64,000 nucleotides of DNA, taken from assembly GCF_018350175.1 (NCBI RefSeq), contig NC_058368.1:97652001-97716000 (forward strand), read 5' to 3'. Of this stretch, positions 1 to 11,199 are shown piece after piece. The stretch's first letter is position 1. Each line of letters opens with the position of its first letter. The notes under the pieces are model-generated. The model saw only the letters and a list, made by a program, of their open reading frames with translations, was not told the origin of the DNA and made no database searches. A program made the translations under genes and the position numbers. The DNA comes from Felis catus. Lineage: Eukaryota.

Positions 1-28
1 TGTCTGCAAGGTCGTAGGGATTAGAATC

Positions 29-235
29 TTTTTTAAAAATGTTTATTTATTTATTTTGAGAGAGAGTGTGGGAGCAGGGGAGGGGCAGAGAGGGAGGAAG
101 ACAGAGAATCCCAAGCAGGCTCCGCACTGTCAGCGCAGAGCCTCACGTGGGTCTCAAACTCCTAAACCATGAGATCATGACTTGAGCCGAAACCAAGAGT
201 CGGATGCTTAACCATCTGAGCCACCAGGTGCCCCC
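29..235 (-). mobile_element. Can-SINE
   Basis: tRNA-like head, AG tract, T tail, TSD gattagaatctt. Confidence 0.9.
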
Positions 236-539
236 CTAGTGATTAGAATCTTGGACTTCCAAGAGGAATAGTATCTTGGCATCTTCTCTGACCCTTAGTC
301 TCTGATGAAGTGGTCATGGCATTAACGGGCCAGTGAGAATTTGGGGACATAACACAAGGAATGAAGAAGGATGGTTTCTAAGGTGTAAAAGTTCGAACCA
401 TCATGAGGTAGTCACATGATAATGTAGGCTATAAAGAAAATAAGTAATGGATAATGTGTTTGTAAATTGGCATTGATTTGGTATCTCTTTCAGGCTCTTC
501 TCCGAATTAGTAGTAGGCATTTGGTTTATAATTCAGGTC

Positions 540-680
540 AACAATAATGCTCGTTGCTATTTAATCCCTCACTGTATATCCCGTGGTTCTCTATACGTCC
601 TGATAGGGATTCTGTGAGGTAGATGATGTTATTCTTATTTGAATGAGAATAAAATCGCTCAGAGAGGTGAAGTAACTTGC
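540..680 (-). mobile_element. MIR fragment
   Basis: ctgtgaggtaga...gctcagagaggtgaagtaacttgc core. Confidence 0.6.
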
Positions 681-705
681 AATACTATAAAACCAGGAAG
701 TGGCA

Positions 706-925
706 GGGCATCTGGGTGGCTCAGTCAGTTCAATGTCCGACTTTGGCTCATGTCATGATCTCACAGTTCGTGGGTTCGAGCCCCTCATTGGGCTCTGTGC
801 AGACAGCTCAGAGCCTGGAGCCTGCTTCGGATTCTCTGTCTCCCTCTCTCTCTGCCCCTCTCTCATTCTCACTCTGTCTCTCTCTCTCAAAAATAAACAT
901 TAAACAAAACAAAACAAAACAAGAA
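706..925 (+). mobile_element. Can-SINE
   Basis: Head, CT tract, A-rich tail, TSD ccaggaagtggca. Confidence 0.9.
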
Positions 926-1090
926 ACACCCAGGAAGTGGCATAGCTGGACTGTGAACCAGGCCTAGCAGACCCCAGCATATTTGTCCATTGCATTCCAC
1001 TTGGCTTCCTTTTTGCCGAGTTTCTGGTAGGCTCAAGACAGTGTTATTGCTATGGAGGATAAAAATAAAATCAAGAAACCTACCGTGTAT

Positions 1091-1333
1091 GGGGCACCTG
1101 GGTGACTCAGTTAGTTAAGTGACTGAGTCTTGATCTTGGCTCAGGTCACGATCTCACAGGTTTATGAGATGGAGCCCCGCATTGGGGTCTACGCTGACTG
1201 TGTGGAGCCTGCTTGGTATTCTCTCTGTCTCTCTGCCCCTCCCACAATCATGCGTGTGCTTGTGTGCACCCTCTCTCTCTCTCTCTCTCTTTCCTCTCTC
1301 TCTCTCTCCAAATAAATTAACTTAGAAAGCAAG

Positions 1334-1385
<52 letters not shown>
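1091..1385 (+). mobile_element. Can-SINE with (GAAA)n tail microsatellite
   Basis: Head, CT tract, (GAAA)n at about 1336-1390. Confidence 0.9.
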
Positions 1386-1388
<3 letters not shown>

Positions 1389-1521
1389 AACCTACTGTGT
1401 AGTTGGGAATAAGACAGGTATGCCCCTAAAGGTAATTCACAGACAACCTGTGATAGGTACCCGGAATGTGTTACCAAGGAAGTTGAACTGAGGTGTCATG
1501 GGGGTTAAAGGGAGAGGCTGA

Positions 1522-1738
1522 GGGGCTCCTGGGTGGCTCAGTCAGTTAAGCCTCCAACTTCGGCCCAGGTCATGATCTCACATTTTGTGAGTTTGAGCCC
1601 TACTTCTGGCTCTGTGCTGACAGCTCAGAGCCTGGATCCTGCTTCGGATTCTGTGTCTCCCTCTCTCTCTGCCCCTTCCCTTCTTGCACTCTCTCTCTCT
1701 CTCTCTCTCTCAAAAATAAAGAAGCATTAAAAAAAAAA
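1522..1738 (+). mobile_element. Can-SINE
   Basis: Head, CT tract, poly-A. Confidence 0.9.
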
Positions 1739-2032
1739 GGGGGGGGGAGAGGATGAGATCACGCATGCTGGTTGGGATGCTCAAAGTCTTCATTGAGGCA
1801 GTGCACTTGGAATTGGGCCTTGCAGGACTGGTAGAATCTTGCTCAGTGGGGATAGATAAGGGAACAATTTGTGGGTAGTAGCGATTATCAAATGTACAGG
1901 GAAATCAATAAGCTTCTAAAGAGATTATTAGATAATATAGATGCATGTATCTTTATATATGTCCATGTGTGTCTTGTGTGTGCCTGGATACAGTCACCCA
2001 CACATTCTTTATAATGACCTTATATTCTTTTG

Positions 2033-2241
2033 GGGGCACCTGGGTGGCTCAGTCGGTTAAGCATCTGACTCTTGATTTTGGCTCAGGTTGTGATCTCATG
2101 GTTCCATGAGCTTGAGCCCTGCGTCCAGCCCACACAGACGATGCAGAGCCTGATTGAGATTCCCTCCCTCTGTCTCTGCCTCTTCCCTGCCTCAAAATAA
2201 ATAAAAAACTAAAAAAAAAAAAAAATCTTAAACAAAAATAA
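2033..2241 (+). mobile_element. Can-SINE
   Basis: Head, short CT tract, poly-A. Confidence 0.88.
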
Positions 2242-2399
2242 AGACCTTCTATTTTTTCAAAAGCAGAAAACTAATGGTTTAAAGTCACAACATTGTCCAA
2301 ACTCTGTTCTCCACTTCTACCTAGAACAAGAATATGTCTAAGCAGCAGTTACTATTAATAGACATTCATGTTTATACCGGCCAGGTAGGAATGAACTGG

Positions 2400-2977
2400 T
2401 TTTTTTCTTTTGTGTCATTTTTCTTTCCCCCCCAGGCATCTAACTGCTGCCTTTTTTTTTCTTTCTAAGTATTGGCTCTTCTTTTCTAGCATGTTGAAAC
2501 GTTAGACTTCCTGTTTCTGCTTGATTTTGAAATTATCTCCTGTTCGCCTATCACAGGTAATCCCTGGGTTTCTGTGTAGACACAGTTTATGGGCAGCCAG
2601 TGCAGGTAGCAACCAGTCCCTTCCCATTGTGGATGTGGAGACCTCTCCGGATTCACAATTAAAGGCTCCATAATGCATTCCACTACAGGTGACGAAACCC
2701 AGCTCCCAGAATAACAAGCAAGACAGCTTTTAAAGTGACTGCTGTTGACCAGTGTCTTCTGTGCGTTTGTTTGGTAAATGTATGGTGGATTTTTTTTTTT
2801 TTTTAAAGAATGGTATAAATTCTTTGGAATTATTCTCGGGGGAAGGCTGACTCTTCCTGAAGGCAACACAGTTACCATAGAATCCCTATCAACAGAGTGG
2901 CCGTGTATGTTCCTCTGGTCTTTGTGACTACCAAGACGCCGTGAAGCCGTCCTTCTGACCGAGGACGGGGGCGGGAA
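2400..2977 (+). promoter_or_regulatory. Putative alternative promoter / 5' UTR region
   Basis: ATTGG (CCAAT) at 2471, ETS core ACTTCCTGTT at 2506-2515 and GGGGCGGGA at about 2968, all upstream of the MLKL exon and donor. Confidence 0.4.
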
Positions 2978-2990
2978 ATGCTGAAACTAG
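2978..2990 (+). CDS. TNFAIP8: Probable alternative upstream first coding exon of TNFAIP8 (MLKL + G)
   Basis: gggaaATG CTG AAA CTA G|GTGAGT: near-consensus donor in the same phase 1 as the canonical exon. Sits in a SINE-free, CpG-retaining patch with a GC box. Matches my recollection of a mammalian TNFAIP8 isoform whose N-terminus ends in MLKL (not verified). Confidence 0.6.
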
Positions 2991-4381
2991 GTGAGTTAAA
3001 AGTGCCCTCAGACTAACTTGGTGTAATATGTTGGAATTTGGCAGAATGTTCAGATGACTAAGTAATGTGGTGTTGCTGTCTGCAAGGGAATAACATTTGG
3101 TCGCGGCTTTGTAAAGTGGTTATGTCGAACAAATCACTGCTTTTCTTTTTTTCTGTAACTGGGTGTGGGGCCCTGGTGTTGAGCTGACGGAGGTATGAAA
3201 TAGTGTAGGTGGAAAAAATGGCATCTGAAGTTTGCATGTAGATGGTTTCGTCTGTAAACAAATGAAGGATGGAAATGCTTCAGAAATGGGACTCTGAGAA
3301 GGTGGCTTAGCTTTTTCAGTTCAAGTTTCTCCTTGTGCCTTATCCATCTGCTTAACTGCAGGACGTCTCTAGTTCCCAGTGCATTGGCCAGTGATCTGCA
3401 AACACATGGGTGTTTATTTCTATTCTCCTGTTGTGTACATGTTTGTCAGACTGTTTCTGCAGTCACCATTCTCCCTAACGGCCAATCGACAATTTTACCC
3501 AGCATACATATAGGCTCGTGGCCTTTTAAAACAGGTCTTAGGCTCACTTTCAGCCATATTTAAAGCTGCTACATGTAGCCTTAATTTGATTTTTGAGATT
3601 GATTTTTGAGATAAATTGCAAGAGTTTTTGAGCATTGAAATAGAGCATTTTAAATAGCCTTTAAAGTTACATACAGATTTACACATTTGTTCAAGTCTGT
3701 GCATGATATTTGGTGAAGTCTCTCTAAAATTTTTCTGCTCAAAAGGCTTTCTGGAGCTTACACTGAATACAGAGAAGGAATCAGAAATTGGAAGACGTAG
3801 GCGGGCATTAGTATATCTAGATTCTTAGCCCATTAATGGAACCTTGGCAGCCGGTGCAATTTCTCAGAGACAGGACTTCTTTTGTACGGAAGTGGTCACC
3901 TGCACGTCGTTTATGTTAAATGTGCATTTGCCTAGCAGATGCCCAGAGCTGTGCGTGTGATTCACTGTCTCCCTTCTCTATATATGCACATGAGCACAGG
4001 CGCATTCTATCAAATATATAAAAATGGTTTACGTGCCTGTGACAGTATCTCATGGCGTAGATGCAGTTGAGATCAGCGCCAGGTTCGGCCAGGAAGGTTT
4101 CGCGGACGAAGTGAGTTTTGCGGGGAGTTCCAAAGGGAGGTAAAGGAACGCATTTTTGGCAGAAGGAAGAAGCGTCTGTGAAGCTTCTAGCACTGGAGTG
4201 ATTAAGCCAGATGTATTCCGTGAGTGAGCCTGAACCATATGCGAGCGGGTTGAAAATAACCAGGCTAGTAGGGAAGAGAAGGCAAGGGGTACTTGTGGAG
4301 GAGGACTGGAGAGGCTTGTGGGGAGCTGGAGTTGTGGGTGTTGCTGGTTTTCACACTTGGATGCCCGCACAAGGCTGGCCA

Positions 4382-4399
4382 TGTCGCCATCTAGTGGAG
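4382..4399 (-). promoter_or_regulatory. CTCF-like motif
   Basis: Minus strand reads CTCCACTAGATGGCGACA, a close match to the CTCF core CCASYAGRKGGCR. Confidence 0.55.
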
Positions 4400-4856
4400 C
4401 CGGTGAAAATGCACCACCACCTCTTGTACCTTCAGGTTGAATTCATCCTGCGGTATCTTAGCAATAGGGAAGCTAAGGAATTTTACATAAAGAATTAGAG
4501 AAAGGAGACGGGTGTAACCATGAGCACCCCCCCCTCCCCATGATACTAGTTTTGACTCTAGAAAATGGAGCTGAATCCCAATATAAAGAATTTCTCACAG
4601 ACTGTCTGGAGGTCCTGGTGTCACTGAGGGTGCAGGGGGTAGCTGGCAGGAAGCAGCATGTGAGAAGTTGTACAGCACAATGAAAGCATACCACATCTGG
4701 CCCTGCGTTGGCTTATTTCATGTAGTCATAGAGTCCATCCCAGTACAGCGGTGGCAGAGGAGAGCTCCCTCACCAGAGGCACCACAGACCTCGGGACTGG
4801 AGGACACTGTAGAGGGCCATACACCCCCCTCCTCCCTTCCACGCATGTGTGCCTGC

Positions 4857-4996
4857 ATCCATTCAGCAAAACTTCCTGAATCTCTGTAATGTATCAGGCT
4901 CTCTTCCAGGTACTGGGAATACACCAGTGAAGGGTGCAGATAGAAACCCCTGCTCTTAAAAAAAGAAAGGAAGGAAGGAAGGAAGGAAGGAAGGAA

Positions 4997-5058
<62 letters not shown>

Positions 5059-5530
5059 AAATAAGGAAATAAAGAAATCCCTTCCCTTGGAATGCTGACA
5101 CTCTGGTGGGAAAGACAGATGACAAATAAATGAGTAAAATGTATAGTAGGTGGGATACTGTTAAGTGCTAAGATGGGAAGCATTTTTTTAAATCTACAAT
5201 AGGGGGTAAGGATGGTTGTGCATTTTTGTGGGGTGGCAGGGGTAGAGAGAGGATTTGCAAATGTGTGTCCTCGCCGAGAATGTGGTATTAGTCTCTGCTG
5301 AAGGTATCAGGAAGCTAGACCTGTGGCTATCCTGGGAAGAGCATTCCAAGCAGGGGGCAAGCAGATACAAAGGCCCTGAGGTGGGAATGGTCCTGGTGTG
5401 CTCCTGAAACATAGCAAGGGGATTGATCGGATGTGCCGGAGACGTGGGGAGGGGCAGATAAAGTCGAGCCTTGGGGGCAGTTCTAACGCACCGGACTTTC
5501 CCCGGACGTGAGGTGAGAAGCCATTCCATC
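4857..5530 (-). mobile_element. L2 3' fragment interrupted by (GGAA)/(GAAA)n
   Basis: cattcagcaaa...gggaagagcattccaagcag...caaaggccctgaggtggga, typical of antisense L2. Confidence 0.7.
4957..5060. repeat. (GGAA)n(GAAA)n microsatellite
   Basis: Read directly. Confidence 0.95.
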
Positions 5531-6061
5531 TAGCCTAATCTTCTCATTTGACAAATGAAACTTAGGACACAGAAGTTAGGTCAGGTTCCGTGGCTATCCA
5601 GCCTCATGGAGCCAGATGGGGCTGGGATGAGAACGTGCCTCTTAACCCAGCCTTCTTCCTGCCACCCTGCCTGCCCCTGTGGGGACGTGCGACCGCACGC
5701 AGGCTGAGGCTTCCGAGTGTAGTGGTCCTGAAGAAGCCAGGTGCTGTGGGCTTTCCCGGGCAGCTCTGTTAGCGCCTCCTGGTCCCTCCCTCAGCACGTC
5801 CACGGCAAACACAGAAAGGAGCAGACCTCTTATCTCAGAGGACCCTTCCACCAAATATGCCTTCCTCAATTTCATAATGGAGAGAAATCCTTGGGGTCTT
5901 CCAAGCAGTTCAACCCCGAAACCTACAATCTCAGGAAGGCTCCCTTTGTTCGTTATGCAGTTATCTGGATATAAGTTAATGTAAGACATCTATAGTCTTA
6001 CGGTGTTGGATCACAGTTCTCGCCATGAGAGCTAGTAAGATTGAATAGTAAAAGTTATTTT

Positions 6062-6298
6062 ATTTTTTTATTTTTTTTTTTTTAATTTTTGTTTTCAACG
6101 TTTATTTATTTTTGGGACAGAGAGAGACAGAGCATGAATGGGGGAGGGGCAGAGAGAGAGGGAGACACAGAATCGGAAACAGGCTCCAGGCTCCGAGCCA
6201 TCAGCCCAGAGCCTGACGCGGGGCTTGAACCCACGGACCGCGAGATCGTGACCTGGCTGAAGTCGGACGCTCAACCGACTGCGCCACCCAGGCGCCCC
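6062..6298 (-). mobile_element. Young SINEC_Fc-type Can-SINE
   Basis: CpGs intact, long T tail, perfect TSD GTAAAAGTTATTTT (6048-6061 and 6299-6312). Confidence 0.95.
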
Positions 6299-6784
6299 GT
6301 AAAAGTTATTTTAAATGAATTTGAAAATAGGATCTGCCAGTAGGAGAGGTAACCACTGGTTGTCATCAAATGCAGCTGGACCTGGACAGTTTGGCCCAAT
6401 ATTCTTTGCCCTCTGGCTTTGCTGGGAGCCTGGTCAAGCCTTCCCCGCCCATCCCTTCTTCCTGCTCCTTTAGATCTTATGACCCTTGTCCTCTGGATGT
6501 GGGCCAAATCCTCTAATCTCACTTTCTGGCGAACATCAGACTAGTGCTAAGTATAGAGAACGACCGTGTTGTCCCCCACAGCGTCTCCTCTCCCTCGTCT
6601 CCCACAGCCTGGATCCTGTGGACAGAGTAACAGGAAGTACAGGCACAAGGTCGGTCCCAGCATGTGAAAAAAACTCACCCACGACTCGCTTGCTCCTTCC
6701 TTTCTTCCAAAACAAAGCTCTCAGCATAAGTGATGTGGGGTTTACATCATCTTATTTGGCATGTACATTTATTTGTATAATACT

Positions 6785-6832
6785 TTCTTTTATTTTTTTT
6801 AAGTTTATTCATTTATTTTGAGAAGGAGGAAG

Positions 6833-6874
<42 letters not shown>

Positions 6875-6996
6875 CCTAGGCAGGCTCCATGCAGTCGGCA
6901 CAGAGCCCAATGAGGGGCTTGAACTCACCAATTGCAAGATTCCTGAGCTGAAACCAGGAGTCTGAAGCTTAACCCACTGAGCCATCCAGTCACCCC
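6785..6996 (-). mobile_element. Can-SINE
   Basis: T tail, (AG)n, head. Confidence 0.9.
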
Positions 6997-7099
6997 TTTG
7001 AATAATACTTCCTCTCATTTCCTCCTTCCCTCTCCTCCCTTCTTTCCTTAGTTTCTTTCTGCCAACAGAGGTACTTTCCATATGTTCATTTGCCTATGT

Positions 7100-7322
7100 T
7101 CTTTTTCTTTTTCTTTTCTTTTTTCATGTTTATTTTTGAGAGAGAGAGAGAGAGAGAGCACAAGCTCTGGGGGAGGGGCAAAGAGAGAGGGAGACAGAAG
7201 GTTCAAAGCCAGCTCCAGGCTCTCAGCACAGAGCCCCCACGGGGGGCTCAGACTCATGAACCATGAGATCATGACCTGAGCCAAAGTTGGGTGCTCAACC
7301 AAATGAGCCACCTAGGCACCCC
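7100..7322 (-). mobile_element. Can-SINE
   Basis: T tail, (AG)n, head, TSD gcctatgtt. Confidence 0.9.
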
Positions 7323-7949
7323 AGCCTATGTTATTTTTAAATGAGCTCTGAAATCCCACTACCTCCAACTATTAGGATCAGTAGTTAAGTTCTTTGTTTC
7401 TCCCTGGAGCCTGAGAGCACGGTTCCCTGGGGTCTTTTGGTTTGGGATCTTTAGGAGAGTGGGTACTCCTGGGGGTGCTTTTACCTTTTCCTACCTTGCA
7501 AGTCTTTCTCTTTTTGCCCTTCAGAAAGGCAGCCATCCCTTGTGGCAAGGATGTTCCCATATCGGGTTCATCAGGAGGCCCCATCAGGGATGGTGGGGCA
7601 GCGCCATACTGGGAGTGGAGGTGGGAACCTCAAGGACCCAGGTCCTGCCTCTCTGACCCTCTTCCCTGTGTATGTCACTGAGGTTTCTCAGCATCCCCCA
7701 CCTTGGGCCTCTGCGCTTGGCCACCACTGCCATCAGACAGGCGAGACTTGGCTCTGCCGGAGAGAGAGGGTTCCAGGCTGTCCCCTGGCCTTTGTTAGGC
7801 AGCCAACTTGAGGAAATGGGGGAGGAAGTGATGGTTACCTGTGTATTCTGGGGCTGCTTTACCCACTGTCCTTTAGGGGCTGGACATGTGTTAAAGCCAG
7901 AGGCAAGATTAGAAGTCCTCAAGCATGCTCCTCATTTGCCTTCCAGAAT

Positions 7950-8450
7950 ATTCTATCAGTGATGGCTCTTATTGTACAAGAGAGAGAAACCCCAGTTTAG
8001 ATTGACTCAGACAAAACAGAATTTTTTATTAGCTTACATAACTGGAACAAGATTTGGTTTAGCCGCTCAGTGATGTCAAGAACTCATTTCCTTTCCAATT
8101 TGCCTTCTGTGGTGAGTTTCATCCTCAGCCAGCTCCTCTCATGATGGTTAAATGTCTGTAGCAATCCTAACTTTGTGCATACAGCACACCATCCAGGAGG
8201 AGAGACAGAATTGGCTCTGGCAGCTCTAACAGAGGAACAAGTTGCCTTTTCCAGAAGCCCCCAGCAAATTTCTCATGTGTCCTTGTCTAATCATAAGCCA
8301 GTTTATTGGCTGTAGAATGTGGTGTTGAGTGGCTTAGGTTTGTGTTGCCTAAACCAGTCACTCTATGGCAAGGGGGATAGGATTACCAGGGCGGAGTTAA
8401 AATGGTCAGGGCTGAACATGAGAGGTGAGGCTGGGGTCATTTTCTCCTTC
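7950..8450. mobile_element. Old MaLR (MLT1-like) LTR fragment
   Basis: agaaacccc...actcagacaaaa...tttattagcttacataactggaa resembles MLT1J/K. Confidence 0.45.
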
Positions 8451-8950
8451 AGACAGCAGCCTGTGGGGATGGAAGTGATGCCAATGGGCCACAGTGTCTA
8501 CTAAACAGACTTCCTTTCAGGGTGGTTTTATTTCCTCCCTGGTGTTTCTTACTTGGTGACTGGCTATGGTATAATACAGTGAATGGAGCCCGGCATATTG
8601 GATTATCAGCACCCCCTGAGCCCATGACAAGGACATAGGTGCTATCAGGGAGACCTGGGACATACTCTCTATGAAGCACAGCAGCCCTGCAGATCAGACA
8701 GGGAAATTCTCAGAGGACGATAAAGCATCCCTAAGGTATCATAGACCTGGTCTGGTAAGCCTTGAACGCTGAGAGTAAGAACTAGAGAAAATTAATTACA
8801 GGCAGGCCTTCAATCTATGGTAATTATGTGTCCCTGTAATAATCGAAGTCCAGTATAATTTTTCTTTTAAAACACTGCAATAAGGCCATATTTTCCTGTA
8901 AAGAATACCTTTACATTTTAAAGATAGGAGCTTAATTGCCATATTGGGTT

Positions 8951-9157
8951 ATTTTATCTATTTTATTTTTGAGAGAGAGAATTAGAGAGTGTGGTACAAG
9001 CAGGTCAGGTCAGGGGCAGAGGGAGAACAAGAATCTTAAGCAGGTTCCATGTTCAGCACAGAGCCCGATGCGGGGCTCAATCCCACGACCATGAGATCAT
9101 GACCTGAGCCAAAATTAAGAGTTGGATGTTTAACCGACTGAGCCACCCAGGCACCCC
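8951..9157 (-). mobile_element. Can-SINE lacking an evident TSD
   Basis: Tail and head recognisable; flanks do not match each other. Confidence 0.88.
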
Positions 9158-9220
9158 AAGTGCAACAGATGTCTTAAATAGCTACCAAGAAGCTCGACTG
9201 ACTGAGGGCTGGGTGCAAAC

Positions 9221-9307
9221 CTGTTGTACTGTCAGGTTCTTTGAAAAACACAAGTGTCTCTTACGGCCGGTGGATGACTCACAACTAAGCCTAAATGAAT
9301 TCACTGG
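9221..9307 (+). repeat. Left arm of 87-bp inverted duplication
   Basis: Reverse complement of 10557-10643 with 2 mismatches. Confidence 0.95.
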
Positions 9308-9759
9308 GTGTTGGTAGTTGGAGCCAAACTTGGTGTTGGTAGTTGGATACCACAGATACTATAGCATGGCCACAGCTCACTGAATAGATGGCTTGTTTCC
9401 TTTGCCAAGCCGGCCTTGGATACTGGCTGCCAGGCTCGTGTTGTGTCACATCTAGACGTCAGGGGTTTTGTAGGAGCAGATCAGACGAAGCAATATCAGA
9501 CAGTTACTGCTGACAGATACTTCTGTTAAAAAGTGGTTTCAGATCCATGGTCACATGGCTTATCTTGGGACTGGTGAGCCCCAGGGTGTTTTTGGCCTCC
9601 TGTTTTGTTAAGAGTCTGATTACAAGCGGTATTGCACACTGTTGTGGTTTATCGGTTTTTAGGGCTCTTTTTGCTCAATTACCCTGAAATGGTGAAGTCT
9701 GGAGCTCTACCTTGATAGGACAGAGGCTGTTTGGTTAGTTTTGATATCAGTCTGTGTGA

Positions 9760-9990
9760 ACCAGTGGTCCCAAACTCAAATGTCTACAAGAACCAGGTAA
9801 GAAATATGAACGTGGAAATACAGCTTTCTGTGAACAATTGGAAGTCATGAGGCCTGGGGCCATCTTGGAGAGAACGGGTCCTGTCTCAAGGCCTTGAAGT
9901 TCAGATGCAAAAAGAACCTTATCTGGTCCAAGAAAACCCTGTGGGGCTGGATCTAATCCTAAGGCTACCAGTTTGTGATTCTTGGGCTAT
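9760..9990. mobile_element. Old hAT-Charlie MITE-like fragment
   Basis: cagtggtcccaaact... and ...ccagtttgtgattcttgg termini. Confidence 0.4.
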
Positions 9991-10556
9991 GAATCCGCTA
10001 ATTTCAGCTGTCATTGACGTGTTTGCTCAGCTTCAGAGAGGTCACATTTTCTGGATATCAGCCCTTTGTAATTTGGTTGTTAAGTAGATTTTAGCTCTTT
10101 CCCTTAGTTATGAGACTATCACTGGGATAAGTGGGCCACCCTAACTTTTACTCACAAATTGGAAATACTTCAAAAGAAATCACGTCCTCATGAATATCAG
10201 TCCTTTGGTGCAGGGCCTTTGGAGGCTGAATCAACTTAGAGAAGCAACTCGTTCAAAACAGCTCTGAGTATTTTATTTTACATCATTAGAACGCTTTGCG
10301 TCACTAAAAATAAGGGCCCCCCAAGCATTTGAAACTCACATTCTTGCGTTGCAAGATGTCTGCTCCATATATTCATTCCTCTTTGCCTTTTCTCTGAGTT
10401 AAGCTGGCTTGGGTTTAGGGACCAGAGTGGTTTCTGGAACGGAACAAGCTCGTGTTCACTCTTTCCCTCCCCTTCCAGGTCTCCCCACACTCTTCATTTC
10501 TGTCTCCCTGCTTCCCCCCACTGCTTCCCCATCCCCACTGTGAAGGAACAAAGAAA

Positions 10557-10643
10557 CCAGTGAATTCATTTAGGCTTAGTTGTGAGTCATCCACCGGCCT
10601 TAAGAGACACTTGTGTTTTTCAAAGAACCTGACATTACAACAG
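10557..10643 (-). repeat. Right arm of 87-bp inverted duplication
   Basis: Reverse complement of 9221-9307 with 2 mismatches. Confidence 0.95.
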
Positions 10644-11012
10644 CAAACAGGACAAATTTTAGCCAAACGTCTGCTTCTCTCTAATGAGAGCGTTTGTTGT
10701 TAACTGGATAATTTGGGGCTGGGGGGCCTCCCAGGCACCCCAGAGATAACACCTCCTGCAGCCCCGCTTCGGCTAAGATCTGCTGGACCAGCACCAGCCA
10801 CTGAGCATGGAGGTGGGTGTTCGACTTTATCCTTCTTTATTTACATCATTCAAACTCCTGTCAGTGCCCATGAAAATTCCTGCAAATGTGTTTTTGTAAG
10901 GGATGGCTGGTACCCGGCTTCCCTGTGTCTGGCCAGTGGGAGAGATATAGGGATTTAAATATTCCTTCAGCAAAGCCACTCAGTGAACACTGTGCTAAAA
11001 TTGTGCTCTTTT

Positions 11013-11193
11013 GGGGCGCCTGGGTGGCTCAGTCAGTTAAGCGTCTGACTTTGGCTCAGGTCATGATCTCGCGGTTCACGAGTTCCAGCTCAGCGCCTAG
11101 AGCCTGCTTCGGATTCTGTGTTTCCCTCTCTCTCTGCCCCTTGCCCGGCTCGCACTCTTTCTGTCTCTCAAAAATGAATAAACGTTAAAAAAA
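11013..11193 (+). mobile_element. Can-SINE (internal deletion)
   Basis: Head and CT tract, middle missing. Confidence 0.88.
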
Positions 11194-11199
11194 TTTTCT

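Noticed and set aside
706..790. tRNA-like A/B boxes (here and in all SINE heads)
   Set aside because: These are SINE heads, not tRNA genes; each continues into a CT tract and poly-A tail.
9162..9182. Peptide ATDVLNS resembling the TNFAIP8 exon-2 start ATDVFNS
   Set aside because: Similarity stops after 7 codons. The preceding AG would give the wrong phase and lacks a pyrimidine tract. Most likely chance.
9221..10643. Young DNA transposon with 87-bp TIRs
   Set aside because: No TSD outside the arms, no transposase remnant, and the interior contains an old hAT-like fragment. Not fully excluded without a Dfam search.
9126..10666. Two ORFs sharing VRFFEKHKCLLRPVDDSQLSLNEFTG as a possible paralogous gene pair
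   Set aside because: The shared peptide is just the translation of the inverted DNA duplication. One ORF starts inside a SINE and neither shows gene structure.
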